DNA of 64,000 nucleotides from an uncultured Nitrososphaera sp. (GTDB lineage Archaea > Thermoproteota > Nitrososphaeria > Nitrososphaerales > Nitrososphaeraceae). The DNA is taken from the NCBI GenBank assembly GCA_964556935.1, contig CAZKXR010000001.1, positions 79,988 through 143,987 on the forward strand, in the 5' to 3' direction. Position numbers and translations under genes: made by a program. The notes under the pieces are model-generated. The model saw only the letters and a list, made by a program, of their open reading frames with translations. It had not been told where the DNA came from and did not search any database. Shown in pieces: positions 27,796 through 36,694 of this stretch (within the stretch, counting starts at the first letter, position 1; each line of letters starts with the position of its first letter).

Positions 27796-28731
27796 TTAGG
27801 TTGCCAATACTTTATTTATTATTGTCGGCAGGCAGTCGACGCTTCTTGAAACAGCATCGGCGCCATGCTCCCTGAGAAGCCTGAGGGTCTTGGCAGGCTG
27901 AGAGCTAAAACCGTATATGCCGACAAAGGCTATTTTCGCTCCTGTCTCTTTCTCTGCTCTGCGGGCCATGAGCATATCCTCCTCTGAATCGCCGGCATAC
28001 ACTGCGGTTGCGGCCTTCATGACGCTCATCGCTCTTTTAACCGAATAGGGGTTGGGTTTGGCATACTCTCTTTTCTCGTCCTCAAGAAATACGCAGGCAT
28101 CCATGTTGAAATAGTTCATCACTGGCTTGAGGGAGTACTCCGCGGCCAGCCTGCTTCTGCCGGAAACGATAGCAAGGTTGCCATCGAATTTATCGTGCAG
28201 AACCTTCAGGGTTTTTTTGCTTACCACAAGCCTGTCTTTTTTGATGAAGGGCTTGGCGGCTGTGCAGTATTTTGGATCAAGGCCGTTCTGCTTCCTAAAC
28301 AGTTCGGGGCCGTAGAATAATTCGTCAAACACCCTGCCGATGTAGCTGTACTTTACCGGTGCAGGATACACCAGCGTCTCCTTGTGCCTGGCGATATCAT
28401 AGCCGGACAGGAACTTTTCTACCGAGGAAATGCCTGTCTCATCCGCGTTCTCTGCTACCTGCAGCAGAAACTTTCTTGCCTCCATCATGGTCTTTTGCGG
28501 GTTGGCAAGCATGGCAAGGGCTATGGCATAGCTGGTATCTGTATCGTTGTTAAAGCCGCCGGTCTGCCTGAATCTCAGGATGAGGCTATCAGTTACAAGG
28601 TTGCCGTACTTTTTGCCTGCTACGTGGCTGAGGACGAATTCCACGGTCTTTTTGATGGCATCGTTGTACGACTTTCTGATATCCACAAGCACGCCGTCGA
28701 TGTCAAAAAGCGCACAGTCAAAACCGTCCAT
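27796..28731 (-). CDS. HAD-superfamily hydrolase with a large cap domain, embedded in the his operon
   Basis: All four HAD motifs are visible: I LFDIDGVLVD, II AIVSGRS, III KPNP, IV GDSEEDM. A 1-nt overlap with the hisC stop shows translational coupling. Confidence 0.75.
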   Translation of the reverse strand: MDGFDCALFDIDGVLVDIRKSYNDAIKKTVEFVLSHVAGKKYGNLVTDSLILRFRQTGGFNNDTDTSYAIALAMLANPQKTMMEARKFLLQVAENADETGISSVEKFLSGYDIARHKETLVYPAPVKYSYIGRVFDELFYGPELFRKQNGLDPKYCTAAKPFIKKDRLVVSKKTLKVLHDKFDGNLAIVSGRSRLAAEYSLKPVMNYFNMDACVFLEDEKREYAKPNPYSVKRAMSVMKAATAVYAGDSEEDMLMARRAEKETGAKIAFVGIYGFSSQPAKTLRLLREHGADAVSRSVDCLPTIINKVLAT

Positions 28732-29801
28732 CAGTTCATGGCAGCCTCTTCGATGCAGCGTAAGAACCTGTCGTTCATTTCTCTTGTGCCTATGGTGACC
28801 CTCATGCAGCCGGGATGGCCGTTTACCCTGTCAAGAAGCTTGACAACTATACCTGCCTGCTTCAATGCCCTGCAGACGGCCCTGTACTTGCTTCCTGTTT
28901 CTATGAATATGAAATTGGCGTCCGACTTGAAGGCCCTTATGCCCTTTATCTCGGCAAGCCTGTCAGACATCCTCTTGCGCTCGCTTCTGACTTCTTCAAT
29001 CGTCTTTCTGACGCTATCAGCTTTCTGAAGTACACTGGCAGCGATGGTAAGCGAAAGCGTGCTAACGGGGTAAGGCGACTGGATGGTTGACCTGAACAAC
29101 CTGGCCAGCCTTTCGTTGGTTACCATGTATCCGACACGCGCGCCGGCAAGGCCAAAGGCCTTTGACAGTGTCCGCAGCACGATCACGCTGTCCTGCTTTG
29201 TGGCGCTGGCTGCCAGCGAGTAATCTGCAAAATCTGAGTAGGCTTCGTCAACAAGTACAAGTTTGCCTTGCAGCGAGTCGATGACCTGCATGACCATCTT
29301 TTTGTCGAATTGTTTGCCCGTCGGGTTGTTGGGCGAGCATATGTATGCGATGTCTGACTTGGCCGCGCTTTTCAGGAAGGCCGCAACGTCCAGATCAAAA
29401 TTTCCGTCCAACGGGACCGTGGTTACCTTGATGCCGTGAAGCTCGCATCTGTTTATGAAATACGAGAAGGTCGGCGTGAATACCGTGGCACGGCAGCCTC
29501 TCCCAAGGGTCGTAAGTAAAAGCTCGATTATCTGATCGGATCCACTTCCAATGCCGATGAACTTTTCCTTGACACCAGCATAACCTGCAAGCTCAGAATA
29601 AAGGCAATCCAGCTGGTCAAGCGGGTACTCTCTTAGGTCTGCCTTTCTTGCAGATTCGGTGGCTACAGAATTGATAAACTCCCTGTCAAGCGCGAAATTC
29701 TCATTTGAATCAAGCTTTAAGGCATCCTCAATCTTGGCGGGTCTGACGTAGTGCTCAAGCCCAGAGATCCTCTCGATCTCCTTTGATATCCTGCCCTTCA
29801 T
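28731..29801 (-). CDS. hisC: Histidinol-phosphate aminotransferase
   Basis: Class II aminotransferase pattern: SPNNPTG, DEAY and LSKAFGLAGARVGY (PLP lysine). Confidence 0.9.
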   Translation of the reverse strand: MKGRISKEIERISGLEHYVRPAKIEDALKLDSNENFALDREFINSVATESARKADLREYPLDQLDCLYSELAGYAGVKEKFIGIGSGSDQIIELLLTTLGRGCRATVFTPTFSYFINRCELHGIKVTTVPLDGNFDLDVAAFLKSAAKSDIAYICSPNNPTGKQFDKKMVMQVIDSLQGKLVLVDEAYSDFADYSLAASATKQDSVIVLRTLSKAFGLAGARVGYMVTNERLARLFRSTIQSPYPVSTLSLTIAASVLQKADSVRKTIEEVRSERKRMSDRLAEIKGIRAFKSDANFIFIETGSKYRAVCRALKQAGIVVKLLDRVNGHPGCMRVTIGTREMNDRFLRCIEEAAMN

Positions 29802-31078
29802 CTGCTCTTCCTCGCTCTTACAGCTTCATAGTGGTTGGGCAGCCCCTCTGCACCGGTCATTTCCTTTATGGCCCTGTCGACCTTTGCCAGCCCTGACTTT
29901 GAAGCCTTGACCCTGTTGACTATTTTGACAAAGTCAAGAACCGAAAGCGAGGCACGGGACTTGCCAAACCCCATGGTCGGAAGGACATGGTTGGAACCTA
30001 GGCAGTAGTCGCTTGCAGACGATGGCGTCTCCTGTCCTACCAGGACAAGCCCGGCCGATTCGATTTTTTTTGCTATCTGGTCTGGCTTTTTGCAAATGAT
30101 CTCCAGGTGTTCTGGCGCAAATTCATTGATAAATTCTATACACGCGTCATCGTCCTTGCAGACTGCGATGAATCCGTTGTCCTGCAGGCTCTTTCTTACG
30201 ATGTCTGACCTGGCAATTTTTTCTGTCATGGAATTCAGCACAGATTTGACCTGCATTGCCAGTTTTTCAGACGTCGTGACCAGCCCGCAGACCGTGTCTG
30301 GGCTGTGTTCTGCCTGGGAGATGAGGTCCACTGCAACAATGGCCGGGTCGGCAGACAGGTCGGCGTACACCAACAGCTCTGTTGGCCCGGCAACCATGTC
30401 CGTTGACAGGCGGCTGGATGCTGCCAGCTTGGCTGCAGTGACAAACATGCCACCGGGGCCCACTATCTTGCTGACCGGGCTGATGGACTGGGTTCCAAAC
30501 GTTAGTGCGGCTATGCCATGCGCTCCGCCGGCCTTGTAGAATTCATCAACACCGCAAATATCGGCGGCAACCAGCGTAAGAGGATCCACATTTCCTTCCT
30601 TGGTCGGCGGAGAGATTGCCACGATGCGCTTGACGCCAGCAACCTTTGCCGGAACGGCGCACATTACCACGGTGCTTGGGTATCGTGCCCTGCCGCCGGG
30701 TATGTAGCAGCCGACGCTTGCCACCGGCTGCACCATGCGGTTTATAATGACACCTTCAGACTTGATGGAGATGTTGCGAAGCCGTTTCAGGACTGCCAGC
30801 TCGCTTTTTTCAAGCCTTGATTTCATCAGCTTCAGGGCCTTGATCTGGTCCTTTGTAACCCTGCTGTAGGCGTCCTGGATCTCCTTGTCTGTAACCTTCA
30901 GCGCATCCAGCCTTACCCCGTCGAACTTGGCTGTATAGTCAAGGACAGCCTGGTCGCCGTACTTTGCAACATCGCCCATGATCTCCTTGGTCTGCTGAAT
31001 AAGGGCTTCAGAAATCTCGTTGGTCTTGCGAAGCCGCGCTGCCTCTGCTTGCGGGTTTACAACACCGATGATATTCAT
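29798..31078 (-). CDS. hisD: Histidinol dehydrogenase
   Basis: GGRARYPSTV, AGPTE, SQAEH and NHVLPT motifs. 4-nt overlap with hisC. Confidence 0.95.
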   Translation of the reverse strand: MNIIGVVNPQAEAARLRKTNEISEALIQQTKEIMGDVAKYGDQAVLDYTAKFDGVRLDALKVTDKEIQDAYSRVTKDQIKALKLMKSRLEKSELAVLKRLRNISIKSEGVIINRMVQPVASVGCYIPGGRARYPSTVVMCAVPAKVAGVKRIVAISPPTKEGNVDPLTLVAADICGVDEFYKAGGAHGIAALTFGTQSISPVSKIVGPGGMFVTAAKLAASSRLSTDMVAGPTELLVYADLSADPAIVAVDLISQAEHSPDTVCGLVTTSEKLAMQVKSVLNSMTEKIARSDIVRKSLQDNGFIAVCKDDDACIEFINEFAPEHLEIICKKPDQIAKKIESAGLVLVGQETPSSASDYCLGSNHVLPTMGFGKSRASLSVLDFVKIVNRVKASKSGLAKVDRAIKEMTGAEGLPNHYEAVRARKSR

Positions 31079-32055
31079 TACGAGTATCCGTCCAAGTTTA
31101 TCTCTTCAAGGGGAAGTATCTGCCTTGGCTCAAGAACCACTAGACCCTGCGCCAGCTTCCTCATCTTGGGGACAATCCTGATGAATTCGTTCTTGTCTAT
31201 GATGGTGTTGACGCTGAACCAGCCTTCCTCGCTGAGCGGGCTTACCGTTGGCCTCTTGAGGGCCGGCAACGTCTGCAAAAGCTTGTCAAGGTTCTCCTTC
31301 TTGACGTTTACAAATATGTGCAATTTCTTGCGGCCTTCCACAACGCCTTTGAGCAGCGCGACCATGTCTGCTATTTTCTCGCGCTTGGCGGCGTTTTTCA
31401 ATGCCTTCTTGTTTGCCACCAGCACGGCGGTGGATTCAGCCACTATGTCGATGATCTTCAGGTTATTCTGGACAAGCGTTGTCCCTGTCTCGGTAATGTC
31501 GAATATCGCGTCCACGTCCTCTGGCGGCTTGGCCTCGGTGGCTCCAAAGGAAAGGAATATCTGGACATTCTTGTTGCTGCCAACCCTCAGCCAGGGGGTT
31601 ATTATCATCGGGTCCGCATCTCCGAAGTGCTTCTTGTAGGATTTGCTGGCCTTGATGTGAGCCGATGTCGTGGTGAGGTATTCGGAGGAAAACCGGAGAG
31701 TCTTGCCTTTCTGCGCAAAATCCGAGATAAGCTCGTCTAAATTGTTGTATGGAAAGCTGCTGGGGATCGCTATCACTTGCTTGACCCGTCCGATCTCCAG
31801 GTCCAGCAATACTTCGATGTCGGCCTTGGCTTCCAGTATCCAGTCGCGACCTGTAATGCCCACATCGTAGAACCCCTCCTGCACGTAGGTGGGGATCTCT
31901 TGCGGTCTGAGGATCTTGACATCAATCTCGGGGTCCGAAAGCCTGACCCTGTATGTGCGGCCTCGCCCGCTGACTGTCTGCCAGGCCTGCTCAAGCACCT
32001 TGAATGTGACTTCCTCTATGCTACCCTTTGGAATCGCAAATTTCACCGTGGACAT
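31078..32055 (-). CDS. hisG: ATP phosphoribosyltransferase (long form)
   Basis: KFAIPKGS, DVGITGRD and TGTTL motifs. The stop overlaps the hisD start by 1 nt. Confidence 0.9.
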   Translation of the reverse strand: MSTVKFAIPKGSIEEVTFKVLEQAWQTVSGRGRTYRVRLSDPEIDVKILRPQEIPTYVQEGFYDVGITGRDWILEAKADIEVLLDLEIGRVKQVIAIPSSFPYNNLDELISDFAQKGKTLRFSSEYLTTTSAHIKASKSYKKHFGDADPMIITPWLRVGSNKNVQIFLSFGATEAKPPEDVDAIFDITETGTTLVQNNLKIIDIVAESTAVLVANKKALKNAAKREKIADMVALLKGVVEGRKKLHIFVNVKKENLDKLLQTLPALKRPTVSPLSEEGWFSVNTIIDKNEFIRIVPKMRKLAQGLVVLEPRQILPLEEINLDGYS

Positions 32056-32099
32056 GAATAATTGTGCAAGGGCTCCTTACTGGATATATACCTTATATC

Positions 32100-33338
32100 C
32101 TATTTGCGCAGAGAGTCAAGTATCTGCTTTGCACGGTCGATGGTGACCGGTCCGTCGGCAACCTTCCTGGCAACGACATCAATCTCCTCGCCCTTTGCAC
32201 CGGCCATGACCGCGATGTTCCTTGCATGAAGCCGCATGTGACCTTTCTGTATTCCTTCAGATGCCAGCGCCCTTATTGCAGCAAGGTTCTGCGCAAGGCC
32301 TGCTGCCGCCATGACCATGGCAAGCTCCTTGGCACTCTTTATACCAAGTATCTTCAGTGCAGTCTTGGCGGTGGGGTGCACCGCAGTCACTCCGCCTACT
32401 ATGCCTACTGCCAGCGGCAGTTCGATCTCGCCGGCAAGATGGCCGCCTTTTGTGCGCCACCATCTGGTAAGGGAGCGGTACGCTCCATCCTTTGCGGCGT
32501 ACGCGTGCGCAGAGGCCTCGATGGCTCTGAAATCCTGACCAGTTGCAAGGGCTACAGCATCGATGCCGTTCATGACGCCCTTGTTGTGCGTGACTGCTCG
32601 GTAGACATCTGAATATGCCAGGGCGTAGGCGTACAGTATGCGCTTGACGATCTCGCTTCCGCCCAGCTCATCCTTGTCAAAGACCGCGCGGCATCTCACC
32701 ATCCTTTTTGTCGCATAATTCGACAGTATCTTGAGGACTACTTCTCCGCCCGTGATCTCGGCTATTTTTGGCGCTATGGCCTCACACATGGTGTTTATGG
32801 CATTGGCGCCCATGGCGTCCTTGGTGTCGGCCGTCAATTCCACAACCAGCATCCTGCCCATCCTGTTGGGGCTGCCATCGCGTAGCTCTCGCGCCTGCAG
32901 ACCAACGGCGGCAACGGACCTGCTCTTGGAGTTGGCTATCTCCAGCAACTCCTTTTTGCAGGCAAGCACCTTTCTTTTGGCCGCCGCCACGTTGGACAGG
33001 GACACAACCTGGACCTGCCCTGTCATGTAGGACTCGTCTGCATCTGCGGTAAAGCCACCTTGAAGCCTGGCTATCTTGGCAGCCTTGCTTGCGGCAGCGA
33101 CTACAGACGGCTCCTCTATGGCCATGGGAACAAGCCGCTCCGTGCCGTTGATGATGAAATTGGTTGCAATGCCCAGCGGGATGGACGTGATTCCAACCGC
33201 GTTTTCTACCATCCGGTTGGCGTCATCAAACGTAAGCGGGTTGCCCAGCGCGGCAACCTCTTCATCAGACAGGCCAGCCTCTTTTTTTAGATAATAAAGG
33301 CGTTCGTCCCTGTCCATTTCGTGAAATTTCTTGGGCAT
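32100..33338 (-). CDS. hmgA: HMG-CoA reductase (class I, archaeal)
   Basis: ENAVGITSIPLG, EPSVVAAAS, DAMGAN and GGV..H motifs; 412 aa. Confidence 0.95.
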   Translation of the reverse strand: MPKKFHEMDRDERLYYLKKEAGLSDEEVAALGNPLTFDDANRMVENAVGITSIPLGIATNFIINGTERLVPMAIEEPSVVAAASKAAKIARLQGGFTADADESYMTGQVQVVSLSNVAAAKRKVLACKKELLEIANSKSRSVAAVGLQARELRDGSPNRMGRMLVVELTADTKDAMGANAINTMCEAIAPKIAEITGGEVVLKILSNYATKRMVRCRAVFDKDELGGSEIVKRILYAYALAYSDVYRAVTHNKGVMNGIDAVALATGQDFRAIEASAHAYAAKDGAYRSLTRWWRTKGGHLAGEIELPLAVGIVGGVTAVHPTAKTALKILGIKSAKELAMVMAAAGLAQNLAAIRALASEGIQKGHMRLHARNIAVMAGAKGEEIDVVARKVADGPVTIDRAKQILDSLRK

Positions 33339-33353
33339 TGCCAGCAGCCTAGG

Positions 33354-34472
33354 CTACGGACTTGACACCCTTAAAATCTTGTCATCGCCGGGTTCCGCTA
33401 TCGCCCTGCCGTCGCGGTTGCTTGTGAGGACGTACAGCGTTCCGTCCGGCGCCTCTGTCACATCGCGCAGCCTGCCAAAGCTGGTAAGGATGTTGCTTTC
33501 AGTCTCTGATTCTAGGTCTACAAGTCGGAGCTGCTTGGCTTTCAGGGCCGTCAGCAGTATGTCACCTTCGTACCCAAGCCTGTCAGAGGACGCAAAAGTC
33601 ATGCCTGCCGGGGCTATGGCCGGGTTAAAGCACACGATCGGCTTTTCAAACTGGGTTGCATCGCATTCCTCGACGGGCCAGCCGTAGTTCTGGCCGGGCC
33701 TGATAAGGTTGATCTCGTCATTGCCGGATTCGCCATGCTCACTGACGTAAAGATCACCCGTTACGGGATGCCACGCCATCCCCTGGATGTTGCGGTGGCC
33801 ATACGAGTATACAAGGGATCCGGGGAACGGATTGTCTTCGGGAATGCTGCCATCCGGATTAACCCGCAGTATCTTGCCTGCCAGTGACTTCGCATTCTGT
33901 GCCAGCTCCGGTTGCCTTGCATCGCCGGTGCTGATGTACAGCTTGCCGTCAGGCCCGAACTTGATGCGGCCACCGTCGTTTCTGTCTGCAGCCGGTATGC
34001 CGTCTACGATGACCTTAGAATCAATGATCTTGTTGTCCTTCTCCGTAAGCATCAGAACCTTGTTGTAAACACCAGTTCCATCGGAGTATGTGTGATAAAC
34101 ATACAGAAGATGGTTGTTGCCAAAATCCGGGTGCAGGGCAAGACCAAGCAGCCCTGACTCGCCACGCTGTTCAATGTTGATGTAGGCAACAGGATCGGCA
34201 AGCAACGTACCGCTGGAATCAATGACTCTTATCCTGCCGACGCGCTCGGTGAAGAATATCCTTCCATCCTGTGCTATGTCGATGGCCCAGGGAACCTCCA
34301 GATTGTCGGCTACAATTTTGATTCCCGAACTGATACCCGCGCTGTCGCCTCCCACGCTGTCCGGCTCAGGGATAGGGATGCTCGTGCCAGACGGGGTGTA
34401 AAAATAGGTAACTACAGCAGCGATGACAACAGCCGCTATGGCTACCAGGGACAGCTTGCGTTCCTTATCCAT
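33354..34472 (-). CDS. PQQ-dependent (soluble glucose/sorbosone dehydrogenase-type) sugar dehydrogenase with N-terminal membrane anchor
   Basis: GLLGLALHPDF..LYVYHT, GGRIKFGPDGKLY, HRN.QG..W and LRV beta-propeller motifs. The start is set at ATG 34472 (MDKERKLSLVAIAAVVIAAVV); the longer ORF-track start overlaps the divergent gene. Confidence 0.8.
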   Translation of the reverse strand: MDKERKLSLVAIAAVVIAAVVTYFYTPSGTSIPIPEPDSVGGDSAGISSGIKIVADNLEVPWAIDIAQDGRIFFTERVGRIRVIDSSGTLLADPVAYINIEQRGESGLLGLALHPDFGNNHLLYVYHTYSDGTGVYNKVLMLTEKDNKIIDSKVIVDGIPAADRNDGGRIKFGPDGKLYISTGDARQPELAQNAKSLAGKILRVNPDGSIPEDNPFPGSLVYSYGHRNIQGMAWHPVTGDLYVSEHGESGNDEINLIRPGQNYGWPVEECDATQFEKPIVCFNPAIAPAGMTFASSDRLGYEGDILLTALKAKQLRLVDLESETESNILTSFGRLRDVTEAPDGTLYVLTSNRDGRAIAEPGDDKILRVSSP

Positions 34473-34524
34473 CGACAGAGGTTGGAAATACGAAGGCTTA
34501 AAATGTAATCCCCTGAATCTGAAT

Positions 34525-35628
34525 ATGGTAATGAAAGTTTCAGAGATAATGGTTACAAATGTAGCCACTCTAACAGAAGAGGATACGATAGCCAAGGCAT
34601 TCAACCTGATGGGAGACAAATCCATCAACCAGGTGCCCGTGGTTGATGAACAAGGCAGCTATGTGGGGATGATATCTGCCAAGCATCTTTTAGGCTCAAG
34701 CGCTCAGCCTTCCTCAAAACTGAAAGGTTTTGTGGTCAATACGTCAACCTTGGATCCTGCTGATGACATTGAAAAGGCCGCCCAGCTTGTGATTGGAACC
34801 GGCAACCGCGCTCTTCCGGTGGTGGAGAATGGCAGACTCGTCGGCCTGGTAAGCGAGACGGACATAGTCCAGACGGCCGATTTCGGACACGCCACGGTCG
34901 ATGAAGTGATGTCCGGCGCCATAGTGATAGAAGACGATACTCTGCTGGCAGATGCACTTACCAAGATGCGTCGTTACAACATTTCTCGCCTGCCCGTGAT
35001 CGACAAGAAAGGGATTCTCCGCGGCACGCTGAACATTCTTGATGCCGCTCGGGTGATATCTGCCCCCAAGGAGCGGACCAGCAAGTCAGCCGCTATAAGC
35101 GGCGCAACTACCAAGGTCAAGGGCAACGTCAAGGTAAAGGATCTCATGCGCCGGCCTGTCTCTGTTGAACGCGGCACCAAGCTCAACGATCTGGTCAGCA
35201 ACTTCAAGAACAAGGAAGAGGTCATTGTTGTCGGCGACGGCAGGCCCATGGGAATTGTAACTCCGAAGGATGCCCTGGAAATGATATTGCCAAAGAAAGA
35301 CGAGCCGGTTATTCACATGGCACACCTTGACAATGAGGATGATCGTAGAGATATAGAGGAACATCTGGCACGATTTTTGAAAAAGATCCAAGGCAAGCTT
35401 GGCAACGTGCTATCCGTGGTGGTGTATGCCGACAAACACAAGACAAGAAAATACTCCATCCGGACGCGTCTTATCACTGCAAAAGGCGTGATAAACGCCA
35501 GGGCAGTTGGCTACGATCCAATCAGCGCCGTCAAGGAGCTAATAGCCCGACTCGACCGCCAGATCAAGGCAGAGCATACACAGAAAGTAAAGGGCAGAAA
35601 ACAGAGAGAATCTGCAAGAAAGATGTAG
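34525..35628 (+). CDS. Four-CBS-domain protein with a C-terminal HPF/RaiA (S30AE)-like domain
   Basis: Four CBS repeats (IMVTNVATL.., FVVNTSTL.., VMSGAIVIE.., LMRRPVSVE..). The C-terminal 90 aa (35308-35577) align by eye with E. coli HPF. The start is set at ATG 34525 (MVMKV); the ORF-track start overlaps the divergent gene. Confidence 0.75.
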   Translation: MVMKVSEIMVTNVATLTEEDTIAKAFNLMGDKSINQVPVVDEQGSYVGMISAKHLLGSSAQPSSKLKGFVVNTSTLDPADDIEKAAQLVIGTGNRALPVVENGRLVGLVSETDIVQTADFGHATVDEVMSGAIVIEDDTLLADALTKMRRYNISRLPVIDKKGILRGTLNILDAARVISAPKERTSKSAAISGATTKVKGNVKVKDLMRRPVSVERGTKLNDLVSNFKNKEEVIVVGDGRPMGIVTPKDALEMILPKKDEPVIHMAHLDNEDDRRDIEEHLARFLKKIQGKLGNVLSVVVYADKHKTRKYSIRTRLITAKGVINARAVGYDPISAVKELIARLDRQIKAEHTQKVKGRKQRESARKM

Positions 35629-35629
35629 G

Positions 35630-35753
35630 CGCAGATGAGGAGATTCGAACTCCTGATCGCCCGAAGGCGAATCGGCTCTCCGGCCTGAAACCGACTCAAG
35701 GCCGACGCATTATTTTGTCCCCACATCGGGGGAGACCACTCTGCCACATCTGC
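35630..35753 (-). tRNA. tRNA-Ser (anticodon UGA) with two introns
   Basis: Hand fold: acceptor GCAGATG/CATCTGC, D stem GCA/TGC, anticodon stem TCGGC/GCCGA with loop CU-UGA-G. Long variable arm TCGCC-TTCG-GGCGA, T arm AGGAG-TTCGAAT-CTCCT, discriminator G. The 124-nt length exceeds a mature type II tRNA by about 38 nt. Confidence 0.8.
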
Positions 35754-35858
35754 GCAAGCTCATTTCTTTGTCAACCTACTATTATATGTTAACAGCACTT
35801 CTGATTGTCAAAATTTTGGAACTTGGACGCCTTCGATTTTTATACCTGAAACGAGTTA

Positions 35859-36143
35859 GTGACTGTGTTGGACAAAGGCGGTAAACAGCAGCTAAAATCC
35901 ATTTCGGTACTGATCCCGCTGGAAAGGGTGGAGGCTAGTCTCTCCGAGATTGGCTTTGTCCTTCAAACAACCGCAACGGTGGTTGCGGACGGCAAGTTCT
36001 GGACCAAGATGCTGTACGCCAGGGGGAACGAGACCATTAGCGTTTCTGAAGAGATCGGAGATGCATATCCCAAAGATCCTATCATCACCATATGCGGGTC
36101 TAGGGAAACCATAACCCATGTTGTCAAGGGTGTTGGTGGATAA
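35859..36143 (+). CDS. Hypothetical small protein
   Basis: 94-aa ORF (GTG start; alternatives at GTG 35865 and TTG 35868). TTTTTATAC lies at about 35836-35844 upstream. The stop overlaps the next start (TAATG). Confidence 0.4.
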   Translation: MTVLDKGGKQQLKSISVLIPLERVEASLSEIGFVLQTTATVVADGKFWTKMLYARGNETISVSEEIGDAYPKDPIITICGSRETITHVVKGVGG

Positions 36144-36694
36144 TGCCGCTGTACGAGTGCAACGAAAACCAGTTCGTGGAGAACATCCGGCGGCTTTTGG
36201 AGGCAGGCGAAAAGTTCCTTGTCAACCGCCGCGTAACGGTTCACGACGATGCAAAATACGGGCCAGCAACACTGCCAGATGAAGAATTCAAGCGCTATGA
36301 GATGCTCTGCACAAGAAAGTCTGTAAACTCGACCGTTTATTCCAAGATCCCGTTCATAGACAGCTTCCATGGCAGCAGAATGTATGACACCGACGAGAAT
36401 CTGCACTCTGCAACTGCGCTCAAGTTTCCGCGCATGTCCATCCCGTACTACAAGGTAGAATATTCTGTGAACGTCTGGGGCGGCACCTACTTCTTTACTT
36501 TCGACGTGTTGTTTGATCCGGAAGTGGTGATGGAGCGGCGCAGCGGAAGAAAGCTGGGCCGGGGCGCGCTAGTTCACGTGCTGAAGTACAATCCGCCACA
36601 AGAGCGTATACTCACAATAAACCTGCCCAAGGAAGTCATGGTTTTTGATGTCAAACACATGGTGCGTGTAGTCGATCATTCATCCAACTTTTGA
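36143..36694 (+). CDS. Hypothetical protein
   Basis: 183-aa ORF coupled to the preceding ORF. No family recognised. Confidence 0.5.
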   Translation: MPLYECNENQFVENIRRLLEAGEKFLVNRRVTVHDDAKYGPATLPDEEFKRYEMLCTRKSVNSTVYSKIPFIDSFHGSRMYDTDENLHSATALKFPRMSIPYYKVEYSVNVWGGTYFFTFDVLFDPEVVMERRSGRKLGRGALVHVLKYNPPQERILTINLPKEVMVFDVKHMVRVVDHSSNF

